64,000 nt of DNA from Lachnospiraceae bacterium. GTDB lineage: Bacteria > Bacillota > Clostridia > Lachnospirales > Lachnospiraceae. The notes beneath the pieces are model-generated. The model saw only the letters and a list, made by a program, of their open reading frames with translations, ran no database searches and was not told the DNA's origin. Positions 17,031 through 24,925 of this stretch are shown piece by piece; within the stretch, counting starts at the first letter, position 1; every line of letters begins with the position of its first letter. The DNA lies in contig JAFZRZ010000064.1 of assembly GCA_017619635.1 (NCBI GenBank), positions 20,707-84,706 of the forward strand, read 5' to 3'. Made by a program: the position numbers and the translations under genes.

Positions 17031-17933
17031 ATGAAGACAAGAGATCAGGCGTTAAAATATGGCCTTTCTTTTCCAGATACTTATCAGGATGCACCTTTTC
17101 ATGATCCAAACTGGCAGTTGATCAGATTTAAGGGAAATAAAAAAGCTTTTCTCTGGACATATGAGAGAGACGGTTATATAAATCTTAATGTCAAGGTCGA
17201 TCCGCATAAAGCTTTCTTTTGGAGAGATATATATAAGTCTGTCATTCCCGGATATCATCAGAACAAGGACCACTGGAATACTATCATACTTGACGGATCT
17301 GTACCTGATAAAGATGTGAAGCTTATGATAGCTGAAAGCTATGATCTTGTTTCTGACAGCCCTACTAAAAGGATATATGAGGCGGTAAAGCGGATACCGA
17401 AAGGCTGTGTGGCAACTTATGCGCAGGTCGCAGAGGAAGCGGGAGACAGGAAGATGGCACGTGCTGTCGGAAATGCACTTCACAAAAATCCCGATCCTTT
17501 AAGCATTCCCTGTCATCGTGTTGTTAACGCAAAAGGTGAGCTTGCGGGCGAGTATGTATTCGGCGGAGCATGGAAACAGGGACAGAGACTGATCGAAGAG
17601 GGCGTTGAAGTAAAAGACGGAAAAGTCGATCTTACAAGATATCGCTGGGATAACAGAAATGTTGGTAATATAGGATCCAGAATAAAGAAGATGGAATCTG
17701 TATTCGATAAGGCCTGTGAGATTGCAAATACAGGTAATATAACTGAGCTTTTGGCGTATCAGCCTGAGATCAAAAAGCTTCAAGAATATTATGAGAGCAG
17801 GCAGTGGAGATACGACTTTGAAGCAGATGAAGAAGGTAATCTGCCTGAGGATCTAAAGCGTGGAGTGCTCTCTGAGGATGGGATATTTAACCTGCTTGAA
17901 AGAATACGGGAAATCTTAGAAGAAAAGGACTGA
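17031..17933 (+). CDS. Fusion protein: MmcQ/YjbR-like domain + O6-alkylguanine-DNA methyltransferase (MGMT) domain + DUF4298-like tail
   Basis: The N-terminus (FLWTYERDGYINLNVKVDP...GYHQNKDHWNTIILDG) looks YjbR-like. The middle part has the MGMT helix-turn-wing region and active-site PCHRVV. The C-terminal ~90 aa (YYESRQWRYDFEADEEGNLPEDLKRGVLSEDGIFNLL) looks DUF4298-like. Confidence 0.7.
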   Translation: MKTRDQALKYGLSFPDTYQDAPFHDPNWQLIRFKGNKKAFLWTYERDGYINLNVKVDPHKAFFWRDIYKSVIPGYHQNKDHWNTIILDGSVPDKDVKLMIAESYDLVSDSPTKRIYEAVKRIPKGCVATYAQVAEEAGDRKMARAVGNALHKNPDPLSIPCHRVVNAKGELAGEYVFGGAWKQGQRLIEEGVEVKDGKVDLTRYRWDNRNVGNIGSRIKKMESVFDKACEIANTGNITELLAYQPEIKKLQEYYESRQWRYDFEADEEGNLPEDLKRGVLSEDGIFNLLERIREILEEKD

Positions 17934-17938
17934 TAACA

Positions 17939-18484
17939 TTGGAACTTTATAAAGGCAGACCTGAAGACAATTCAGACAGATTGCCAAGAGAGATAAGAAC
18001 ATATGATTTTCTTGATGATCTTGGGATAGAATACTTCAGAACAGATCATGAGCCTGCAAACAACATGGAAGCATGTAACAGGATAGATGCTGTTTTGGGT
18101 GTTGTCATATGTAAGAATCTGTTCTTGTGTAACAGACAAAAGACTGCATTCTATCTTCTGATGATGCCGGGAGATAAGAAGTTTAAGACAAAGGAGCTTT
18201 CAGCTCAGATTAACTCGGCACGTCTTTCTTTTGCTGATCCCGAAGATATGCTCAAATATCTGGATATAGAACCGGGTGCAGTAAGTATCATGGGTCTTAT
18301 GAATGATAAGGAGCATGCTGTTAAGCTTCTTATCGATGAGGATGTTTTAAAAGGAAAAGATATAGGATGTCATCCGTGTGTATGTACGTCGAGTCTTAAG
18401 ATGAGCACAAAGGATGTTATAGAAAGATTCCTTCCTGCAACAGGACATGATTATATGACTGTTCATCTGGTGGGAGAGGATTGA
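17939..18484 (+). CDS. YbaK/ProX-type prolyl-tRNA-synthetase-associated (aminoacyl-tRNA editing) domain protein
   Basis: TTG start. The motifs ICKNLFLCNRQKTAFYLLMMPGDKKF and IEPGAVSIMGL are typical of ProX-like trans-editing proteins. Confidence 0.65.
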   Translation: MELYKGRPEDNSDRLPREIRTYDFLDDLGIEYFRTDHEPANNMEACNRIDAVLGVVICKNLFLCNRQKTAFYLLMMPGDKKFKTKELSAQINSARLSFADPEDMLKYLDIEPGAVSIMGLMNDKEHAVKLLIDEDVLKGKDIGCHPCVCTSSLKMSTKDVIERFLPATGHDYMTVHLVGED

Positions 18485-18501
18485 TATCTGATAATGTGAA
18501 G

Positions 18502-18536
18502 ATACCCCGAATGTGGCATTCGGGGTATTATTATTT
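18502..18536. terminator. Bidirectional hairpin terminator between convergent genes
   Basis: ATACCCCGAATG (18502-18513) pairs perfectly with CATTCGGGGTAT (18517-18528). A T-rich run follows on the + strand. The hairpin sits immediately after the ABC-F stop codon on the - strand. Confidence 0.85.
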
Positions 18537-20477
18537 TTCGTTTGCTTCTTCGAGTTCCTGGGATACCTGTTCCCAATCATCCATGAGTGTAAGGAGCTTT
18601 TCATCTACTTCGGCAAGCTGAGCTGTAAGATCGTTGAGTTTTGCGGAATTATAAGAATTGACCGGGTCAGCCAATGCTGCTTCCAATGATTCTTTTTTCT
18701 CTTCGAGTGTTTCGATCTTCTTTTCGACATCATTCAAGCGGTTCTGGATCTTTCTTAAAACAGCCTGATGCTCTTTCTGGGCTTTCCAGTCAAGTTTGCT
18801 CTCACTTTCTGTAACAGCTTTTGATGTTTCATTGTTTTTACTATCAGCTACGGACGATGCGAAATCGGTGATGGTATCTTTCTTTTCCAGGTAATAATCA
18901 TAGTTTCCAACATATTCCGTGAAAGAATGATTCTTAAGTTCCAGGATCCTGTCTGCCGTTCTGTTTATGAAATATCTGTCATGAGAAACATATAGAAGAG
19001 TACCTTCATAATTGTTAAGAGCACTTTCCAAGATCTCTTTTGATGTGATATCCAGATGATTTGTCGGCTCATCCAGGATAAGCAGGTTTGCTTCACTGAG
19101 CATGAGTTTTGCAAGCGAAACACGTCCCTTTTCACCACCGCTTAAGGAAGATATCTTTTTGAAAACATCTTCGCCTGTAAAAAGGAAAGCGGCTAGTACG
19201 TTTCTTATCTCTGTATTATTCAGATTCGGATAAGCATCTGATATCTCTTCAAATATGTTGTTGTCATCATTGAGTACATGATGCTCCTGATCATAGTAAC
19301 CGACGCATACCTTTGAGCCGAGAGAGTATCTTCCGTTATCGGCTGTTTCTGCCTCGTTTAATATCTTTAGCAGAGTTGTCTTTCCGGTACCGTTATCGCC
19401 AATGATGGCCACATGTTCGCCACGCCTAAGATCAAATGAAATATCACTGAACAGTTTATTGTCACCGAAAGCCTTTGAGAGTCCTTCAACGTGAAGTACA
19501 TCTTTACCTGATTCAACTCTGGGAGTGAGAGTAAGCTGCATGTCATCGTTAAGTTCGACCGGTTTTTCGAGTCTGTCAATCTTGGAAAGAGCCTTAACTC
19601 TTGAATCGGCTCTTTTTATCGATTTCTCGCGATTGAAACTTCTGAGTTTCTCTATTACGGCTTCCTGATGTTCTATTTGTGCCTGCTGCTTTATGTATGC
19701 ATTCATCGCAGCATTCCTTAACATCTCTTTTTTCACTGAGTATGCGGAATAATTGCCCTCATAAGTGGTAGATACACCGGCTTCGATCTCTATCACCTTT
19801 CCGACTATTCGGTCAAGGAAATATCTGTCATGAGATACAATGAACACGGATTTCCTTATATTTAAAAGATAATTCTCAAGCCATGTGACTGAACTCATAT
19901 CCAGATGGTTTGTAGGCTCATCCAAAATGATAAGATCAGGAGAATCAAGCAGGAGTTTTGCGAGTGCAACCCTGGTCTTCTGACCGCCTGAGAGAGTATC
20001 GACAGTCTGTGAAAACTGCGATTCATCAAAGCCAAGGCCTAAAAGAACACCGCGGACCTCACTCTTATATATATATCCGCCTTTATCTTCAAATTCAGAT
20101 AACAGCTTGGTGTGCCTATGTATCAGCTGATCTAATTCATCGCCCTGAGCTTCACCCATCGCATGACTGATATCATCGATATCTTTTTCCATATCGATCA
20201 TATCCTGTTTGACGGACAGGACTTCATCATACATTGATCTTTGCGAATCAAGAAGGGCATTCTGGGGCAGATATCCTACAGAAAGATCCTTTGAGAATGT
20301 GACTGATCCGCTGTCAGGATGTTCAATCCCCATGATGATCTTTAAAAGTGTAGTCTTTCCGCAGCCGTTTGCTCCGATGAGGGCCGCTTTATCACCTTCG
20401 TTTAAGTGAAAGCTCACATCTTTAAGCACATGATTGTCTATATAGGTTTTGTTGATATTATTACATGAAATGATCAT
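18531..20477 (-). CDS. ABC-F family ATPase (soluble, ribosome-associated type) with C-terminal coiled coil
   Basis: It has two ABC cassettes (Walker A GANGCGKTT and GDNGTGKTT; signatures LSGGQKTR and LSGGEKGR) and no TM domain. A ~80-aa inter-cassette linker and a Lys/Glu-rich C-terminal coiled coil are present. This is the only minus-strand gene in the window. Confidence 0.9.
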   Translation of the reverse strand: MIISCNNINKTYIDNHVLKDVSFHLNEGDKAALIGANGCGKTTLLKIIMGIEHPDSGSVTFSKDLSVGYLPQNALLDSQRSMYDEVLSVKQDMIDMEKDIDDISHAMGEAQGDELDQLIHRHTKLLSEFEDKGGYIYKSEVRGVLLGLGFDESQFSQTVDTLSGGQKTRVALAKLLLDSPDLIILDEPTNHLDMSSVTWLENYLLNIRKSVFIVSHDRYFLDRIVGKVIEIEAGVSTTYEGNYSAYSVKKEMLRNAAMNAYIKQQAQIEHQEAVIEKLRSFNREKSIKRADSRVKALSKIDRLEKPVELNDDMQLTLTPRVESGKDVLHVEGLSKAFGDNKLFSDISFDLRRGEHVAIIGDNGTGKTTLLKILNEAETADNGRYSLGSKVCVGYYDQEHHVLNDDNNIFEEISDAYPNLNNTEIRNVLAAFLFTGEDVFKKISSLSGGEKGRVSLAKLMLSEANLLILDEPTNHLDITSKEILESALNNYEGTLLYVSHDRYFINRTADRILELKNHSFTEYVGNYDYYLEKKDTITDFASSVADSKNNETSKAVTESESKLDWKAQKEHQAVLRKIQNRLNDVEKKIETLEEKKESLEAALADPVNSYNSAKLNDLTAQLAEVDEKLLTLMDDWEQVSQELEEANEK

Positions 20478-20486
20478 AACACCACG

Positions 20487-20515
20487 ATTATACAGATAAA
20501 GCGGGCACTGTTCAA
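20487..20515 (-). promoter_or_regulatory. Near-consensus promoter of the ABC-F gene, only 9 nt upstream of its ATG
   Basis: On the minus strand: TTGAAC (20515-20510), a 17-nt spacer, then TATAAT (20492-20487). The sequence cgtggtgtt follows, then the ATG at 20477. Confidence 0.55.
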
Positions 20516-20545
20516 GTCTTGTATGATGCAGTTTGTACGGTTACA

Positions 20546-20575
20546 TTGACAAGAATTTCACAAGCGGAGTATAAT
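20546..20575 (+). promoter_or_regulatory. rex promoter with overlapping Rex-box-like palindrome
   Basis: TTGACA (20546-20551), an 18-nt spacer, then TATAAT (20570-20575). TTGACAAGAATTTCACAA (20546-20563) resembles the Rex operator TTGTGAA-N4-TTCACAA, with the right half 7/7 and the left half 5/7. Confidence 0.55.
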
Positions 20576-20642
20576 ATCTCTTATGGAAAAGTAAGATAGC
20601 TTGCTTTTTTCAGGGATAAGAATTATACCATTGGGGGTTGGT

Positions 20643-21278
20643 ATGGACGAGAAGAATATTTCACAGGCGGTCATCACGAGGCTGCCACGCTATTACAGAT
20701 TTCTTGGAGAATTGAAAGACAAGGGAGTGGACAGGATATCCAGTCAGGAACTGGCTGATATCATGAATGCCACTGCATCACAGATCAGACAGGATTTCAA
20801 CAATTTCGGTGGATTCGGACAGCAGGGTTACGGATACAATGTTGAGCTTCTTTATAAAGAGATAGGAAAGATCTTGGGACTCGACAGACAGCATCATATG
20901 GTCCTTATCGGTTCGGGAAATCTTGGACACTGTCTGGCCAATTATGTGAATTTTGAAAGACGCGGATTTATATTTGACGGTTGTTTTGACAGCGATCCAA
21001 AGCTCATAGGCAAGAACATCAGAGGTATCGAGATAATGCCAATGGAGCAGATGGAGGAGTTCATAAAAGAGAACAACATTGATATGGCTGTCATAACGAT
21101 CCCAAAGAGCGGAGCGGTTGAAGTCGCAGACAGACTGGTCAAATGCGGTATAAAGGCTATATGGAATTTTGCGCATGTTGATCTTGAGGTGCCGGATGAT
21201 GTAACGGTTGAGAGCGTTCATCTTTCGGAGAGTCTGATGAGGCTTTCGTACAATAGGACAAACAATATCTTACGATGA
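20643..21278 (+). CDS. rex: Redox-sensing transcriptional repressor Rex
   Basis: The motifs RLPRYYRFL, ISSQELADIM and QIRQDFNNFGGFGQQGYGYNV are present, with a Rossmann motif LIGSGNLGHCLA. ATG 20643 is preceded by GGGGG; the track start 20601 adds an implausible leader. Confidence 0.92.
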   Translation: MDEKNISQAVITRLPRYYRFLGELKDKGVDRISSQELADIMNATASQIRQDFNNFGGFGQQGYGYNVELLYKEIGKILGLDRQHHMVLIGSGNLGHCLANYVNFERRGFIFDGCFDSDPKLIGKNIRGIEIMPMEQMEEFIKENNIDMAVITIPKSGAVEVADRLVKCGIKAIWNFAHVDLEVPDDVTVESVHLSESLMRLSYNRTNNILR

Positions 21279-21287
21279 GGTGATCGT

Positions 21288-21896
21288 ATGGCAAAAGACG
21301 TTGATAAGATGATAAGTGCTTTATCTGCAAGAAAGGTTCCTGTGGCAACACTTGATAACAAGTGGCATAAGCTTTTTACCAAGGTCGTAAAGACTGATGA
21401 GGTCAAGGAATATGAGCAGAAATTGAATGAGCTGCTCAGAAAACAGGGACGTATAAATAATGAGATAAAAGAGATAAAGCGTGTCAAAAAAGAACTCATG
21501 GACGAGATCGTTACCCTTATGGATGATAACGAGGGTCAGGAGAAGGTAGACAGGAATAAACAGCTTATCAATGACTGCAATGACAAGATCGATTCATATA
21601 ACGATGATCTTATGGAGATGCCAAAGGAGATAGCAGAAGTCAACAAGCAGCTGATGATCCATACGATGGAAACGTGCTATGACGAGCTTAAGGAAAATGA
21701 AAAAGGCATCGATGAGCTTGCGAAGTGGCTGGCAGAGATCAGAGTGGAGCTTAAGAAAAATGTTGTCAGAAAGCAGGAATATGAGATAGCCAATCAGGAG
21801 ATATACTCATATATGCATGATATTTTCGGGGCGGAGGTCGTTGATCTTTTTGACATGAAATACAATCCTTCGGATAATCCGATAAAAAAGGAATAA
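21288..21896 (+). CDS. Hypothetical coiled-coil protein co-transcribed with rex
   Basis: A GAGGTG RBS overlaps the rex stop and ATG is 9 nt downstream. The 202-aa protein is Lys/Glu-rich with heptad-like sequence. I recognise no family. Confidence 0.55.
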   Translation: MAKDVDKMISALSARKVPVATLDNKWHKLFTKVVKTDEVKEYEQKLNELLRKQGRINNEIKEIKRVKKELMDEIVTLMDDNEGQEKVDRNKQLINDCNDKIDSYNDDLMEMPKEIAEVNKQLMIHTMETCYDELKENEKGIDELAKWLAEIRVELKKNVVRKQEYEIANQEIYSYMHDIFGAEVVDLFDMKYNPSDNPIKKE

Positions 21897-21935
21897 CATT
21901 TATGAAAGGAAGGATGCGTTTGCATCGGACAAGCC

Positions 21936-23129
21936 ATGCTTGACAGATATGAAAGGGTTTGTGCCCTTATAGATCTAGACAACATAGATCATAACATCAC
22001 ACAGATTGAGAATACTATAAAGGCGCCGCAGGGTATATATGCTGTTACAAAGGCGGACGGATACGGCCACGGAGCTGTACCGATAGCAAAGGTTTTGGAA
22101 AACCATGACAAGGTAAAGGGATATGCTGTGGCAACAGCTGAAGAGGCACTGCAGCTTCTTGATGCGGGCATCAAAAAAGATATCCTTGTTATAGGTTATA
22201 CATTTCCTTATGCGTATGAGGAGATGATAAAACGAGGCATCAGACTCACGGTCTTTCGTGATGACATGCTCGATCAGCTTGAGGAATGTGCCGAAAAACT
22301 CGGAAAAAATGCCATAGTTCATATCAAAGTCGATACAGGTATGAGCAGGATAGGTATCTCACCGTATGATGATGGCCTCTGGCTGATAAGAAAAGCGCTT
22401 AATCTGCCACATATAGAAGTTGAAGGAGTGTTCACACACTTTGCAAGAGCGGATGAGACAGATAAAACAAATGCAAATGAGCAGTATGAGCTGTTTAACA
22501 GTTTTGTGGAGGGAGTTGAGGAGGAGACAGGCTTTAAGTTCAAAGTTAAGCACTGCTCAAACTCTGCAGCCATAATCGAGATGCCGTATGCCCATATGGA
22601 TGCGGTACGTGCAGGTATCATACTTTACGGTTTGTGGCCTTCCGATGAAGTCACCAAGGAAAAGATAGAGCTTAAGCCTGTAATGAGCCTGATAAGTCAT
22701 ATCACGTTTATAAAGACTGTTCCAAAGGGAACACCTGTAAGCTACGGCGGTACTTTTGTAACTGAAAGGCCGACAGTGATAGCTACCATTCCTGTTGGTT
22801 ATGCCGACGGATATCCGAGAGCATTATCAAACAAGAGTCATGTGCTCATACATGGCAAGAAGGCTCCGGTTCTCGGAAGAGTATGCATGGACCAGCTTAT
22901 GGTGGATGTCACCTTTATACCTGAGGCAAAAGAGGGAGATACTGTAACTCTTATTGGTAAAGACGGTGATGAGGTGATAACAATGGAGAGTTTGAGCGAA
23001 CTTTCTGATCATCTTAACTACGAGCTTGTCTGTGATATAGGAAAAAGAGTTCCCAGACTCTTTGTCAAAGACGGGGAATACGTATATCAGAAGGATTATT
23101 TCAAAGATGTTCCCGTCGTTGAATTGTGA
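21936..23129 (+). CDS. alr: Alanine racemase
   Basis: Contains the PLP-lysine motif AVTKADGYGHGAV, plus VSYGGTF, GYADGYPR and RVCMDQLMVDV. Confidence 0.92.
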   Translation: MLDRYERVCALIDLDNIDHNITQIENTIKAPQGIYAVTKADGYGHGAVPIAKVLENHDKVKGYAVATAEEALQLLDAGIKKDILVIGYTFPYAYEEMIKRGIRLTVFRDDMLDQLEECAEKLGKNAIVHIKVDTGMSRIGISPYDDGLWLIRKALNLPHIEVEGVFTHFARADETDKTNANEQYELFNSFVEGVEEETGFKFKVKHCSNSAAIIEMPYAHMDAVRAGIILYGLWPSDEVTKEKIELKPVMSLISHITFIKTVPKGTPVSYGGTFVTERPTVIATIPVGYADGYPRALSNKSHVLIHGKKAPVLGRVCMDQLMVDVTFIPEAKEGDTVTLIGKDGDEVITMESLSELSDHLNYELVCDIGKRVPRLFVKDGEYVYQKDYFKDVPVVEL

Positions 23130-23222
23130 TCGCAGGGAATTGACTCAAATTGCGTAAAATGATATAGTAATATCTTGGCATGTTGTGTTATTTGGGAACA
23201 TAGAATATGCCATTGGAGTGTA

Positions 23223-24146
23223 ATGGAGAACATCGTTATCATCGTGTGTTCGGCCGTGTTTTTATGTTTGGGTCTTGCGGTCGGATACTTTTTAAAAGAT
23301 ATTAAGAATCTGTTCAAAGGCCAGGCTGCGGAAGATGAGATCATCTCCATGGTCAATGAAGGCACCGAGTCGGGTGAGATAGAGGAATCCGAGGCTGTTA
23401 TGATCAACAATATCTTCGAATTCGGAGATAAGGCAGCAAAGGATATCATGACTGACAGGAGCAATATCGTTGCGATAGATATGTCAGAAAAGCTCGAGGA
23501 TGCCATAGAGGTCATGCTTGACTGCGGAAAATCAAGATTTCCTGTTTATTCGGAGAATATTGATCATATAGTTGGTATCATCCATATAAAGGATGCCATC
23601 AGTGCCGGCAGGGATAAGACAAACAAGAAAAAGACCATTGAAGGCGTTGAGGGCCTCATAAGGGAAGCTAAGTTCATCCCTGAGACCAGAAAGGTCGATG
23701 CGCTGTTTTCAACAATGCGTGCCGCAAAGCTTCAGATGGTGATCGTTGTCGATGAATACGGTCAGACTGCGGGTATCGTTGCAATGAGAGACATTCTCGA
23801 AGAGATAGTGGGTGATATCGATGATGAATATGATGAAGAAGACGATGTCATCATAGCAAAAGAAGAGAACAAATATATCATAGACGGTCTCACAAAACTC
23901 GAAGATCTTGAGAAATATCTAGATATCAGCTTTGAGGATGATAATTTTGAGACCATAAACGGATATCTGATCTCAAAACTTGAGCATATACCCGATAAGA
24001 AAGAAAAGTTTGAGTATGCCTATAAGGGATATAATTTCAAGGTCTTGTCGGTTGAGAACAACATGATAAAACAGATCCTGATAACAAGGATCGAACTTAA
24101 AGATGATAAACAGGCTCAGGCCGAAAAGGCTGAAGCCACAGAATAA
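23223..24146 (+). CDS. CBS-pair + CorC/HlyC-domain protein with a single N-terminal TM helix (hemolysin/CorC family lacking DUF21)
   Basis: GGAG RBS before ATG 23223. One TM helix, IVIIVCSAVFLCLGLAVGYF. Then EDEIISMVNEGTESGEIEESEAVMINNIFEFGDKAAKDIMTDR, two CBS motifs, and a C-terminal transporter-associated domain (INGYLISKLEHIPDKKEKFEY). Confidence 0.75.
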   Translation: MENIVIIVCSAVFLCLGLAVGYFLKDIKNLFKGQAAEDEIISMVNEGTESGEIEESEAVMINNIFEFGDKAAKDIMTDRSNIVAIDMSEKLEDAIEVMLDCGKSRFPVYSENIDHIVGIIHIKDAISAGRDKTNKKKTIEGVEGLIREAKFIPETRKVDALFSTMRAAKLQMVIVVDEYGQTAGIVAMRDILEEIVGDIDDEYDEEDDVIIAKEENKYIIDGLTKLEDLEKYLDISFEDDNFETINGYLISKLEHIPDKKEKFEYAYKGYNFKVLSVENNMIKQILITRIELKDDKQAQAEKAEATE

Positions 24147-24167
24147 TATATTAGGAAAGAGGTTTTT

Positions 24168-24902
24168 ATGTCAGGACATTCAAAATTTGCCAACATTAAG
24201 CACAAGAAAGAGAAAAATGATGCAGCCAAGGGTAAGATATTTACCATCATAGGCCGAGAGATCGCAGTTGCGGTTAAGGAAGGCGGACCTGATCCTTCAA
24301 ATAACTTTAAACTTGCACAGGTCATTGCAAAGGCCAAGGCTAACAACATGCCCAACGATACCATTGAAAGAGGTATCAAAAAAGCCAGTGGCGATATGGG
24401 CAATGTAAACTATGAATATATAACTTACGAAGGATACGGACCCAGCGGTATCGCTATCATCGTTAAGACGCTTACAGACAACAAGAACAGAACAGCAGCA
24501 AATGTAAGAAGCGCATTCACAAAAGGAAGCGGAAGCATCGGAACTCCCGGCTGCGTATCTTTCATGTTTGATGAGAAGGGACAGATCATCATTGACAAGG
24601 AAGAGTGCGAGATGGATGCTGATGATGTTATGATGATCGCTCTTGATGCAGGTGCAGAGGACTTTGCTGATGAGGAGGATGCTTACGAGATCGTAACAGC
24701 ACCCGATGATCTTACTGCAGTACAGAATGCTCTTGATGAGAACAAGATCGCATATGTATCAAGTGAAGTGACAATGATACCTCAGAATTACGTATCAGTA
24801 ACGGATGAGGACACTGTAAAACTTATTAACAGGATAATCGATCTTCTTGATGAAGATGATGATGTTCAGTCAGTTTACACAAACTGGGAAGAACAGGAAT
24901 AA
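24168..24902 (+). CDS. YebC/PmpR-family transcriptional regulator
   Basis: The N-terminus MSGHSKFANIKHKKEKNDAAKGKIFT and the overall 244-aa layout are diagnostic. Confidence 0.92.
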   Translation: MSGHSKFANIKHKKEKNDAAKGKIFTIIGREIAVAVKEGGPDPSNNFKLAQVIAKAKANNMPNDTIERGIKKASGDMGNVNYEYITYEGYGPSGIAIIVKTLTDNKNRTAANVRSAFTKGSGSIGTPGCVSFMFDEKGQIIIDKEECEMDADDVMMIALDAGAEDFADEEDAYEIVTAPDDLTAVQNALDENKIAYVSSEVTMIPQNYVSVTDEDTVKLINRIIDLLDEDDDVQSVYTNWEEQE

Positions 24903-24925
24903 ACAGAATACGAGGTAAAAAGGGT

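Noticed and set aside
24903-24925. I looked for an S-box/SAM riboswitch or T-box leader upstream of metY, and likewise upstream of proB (44011-44025) and fhs (32453-32474).
   Set aside because: The intergenic gaps are only 15-23 nt, far too short for any riboswitch or T-box. These genes appear to be read through from upstream genes.
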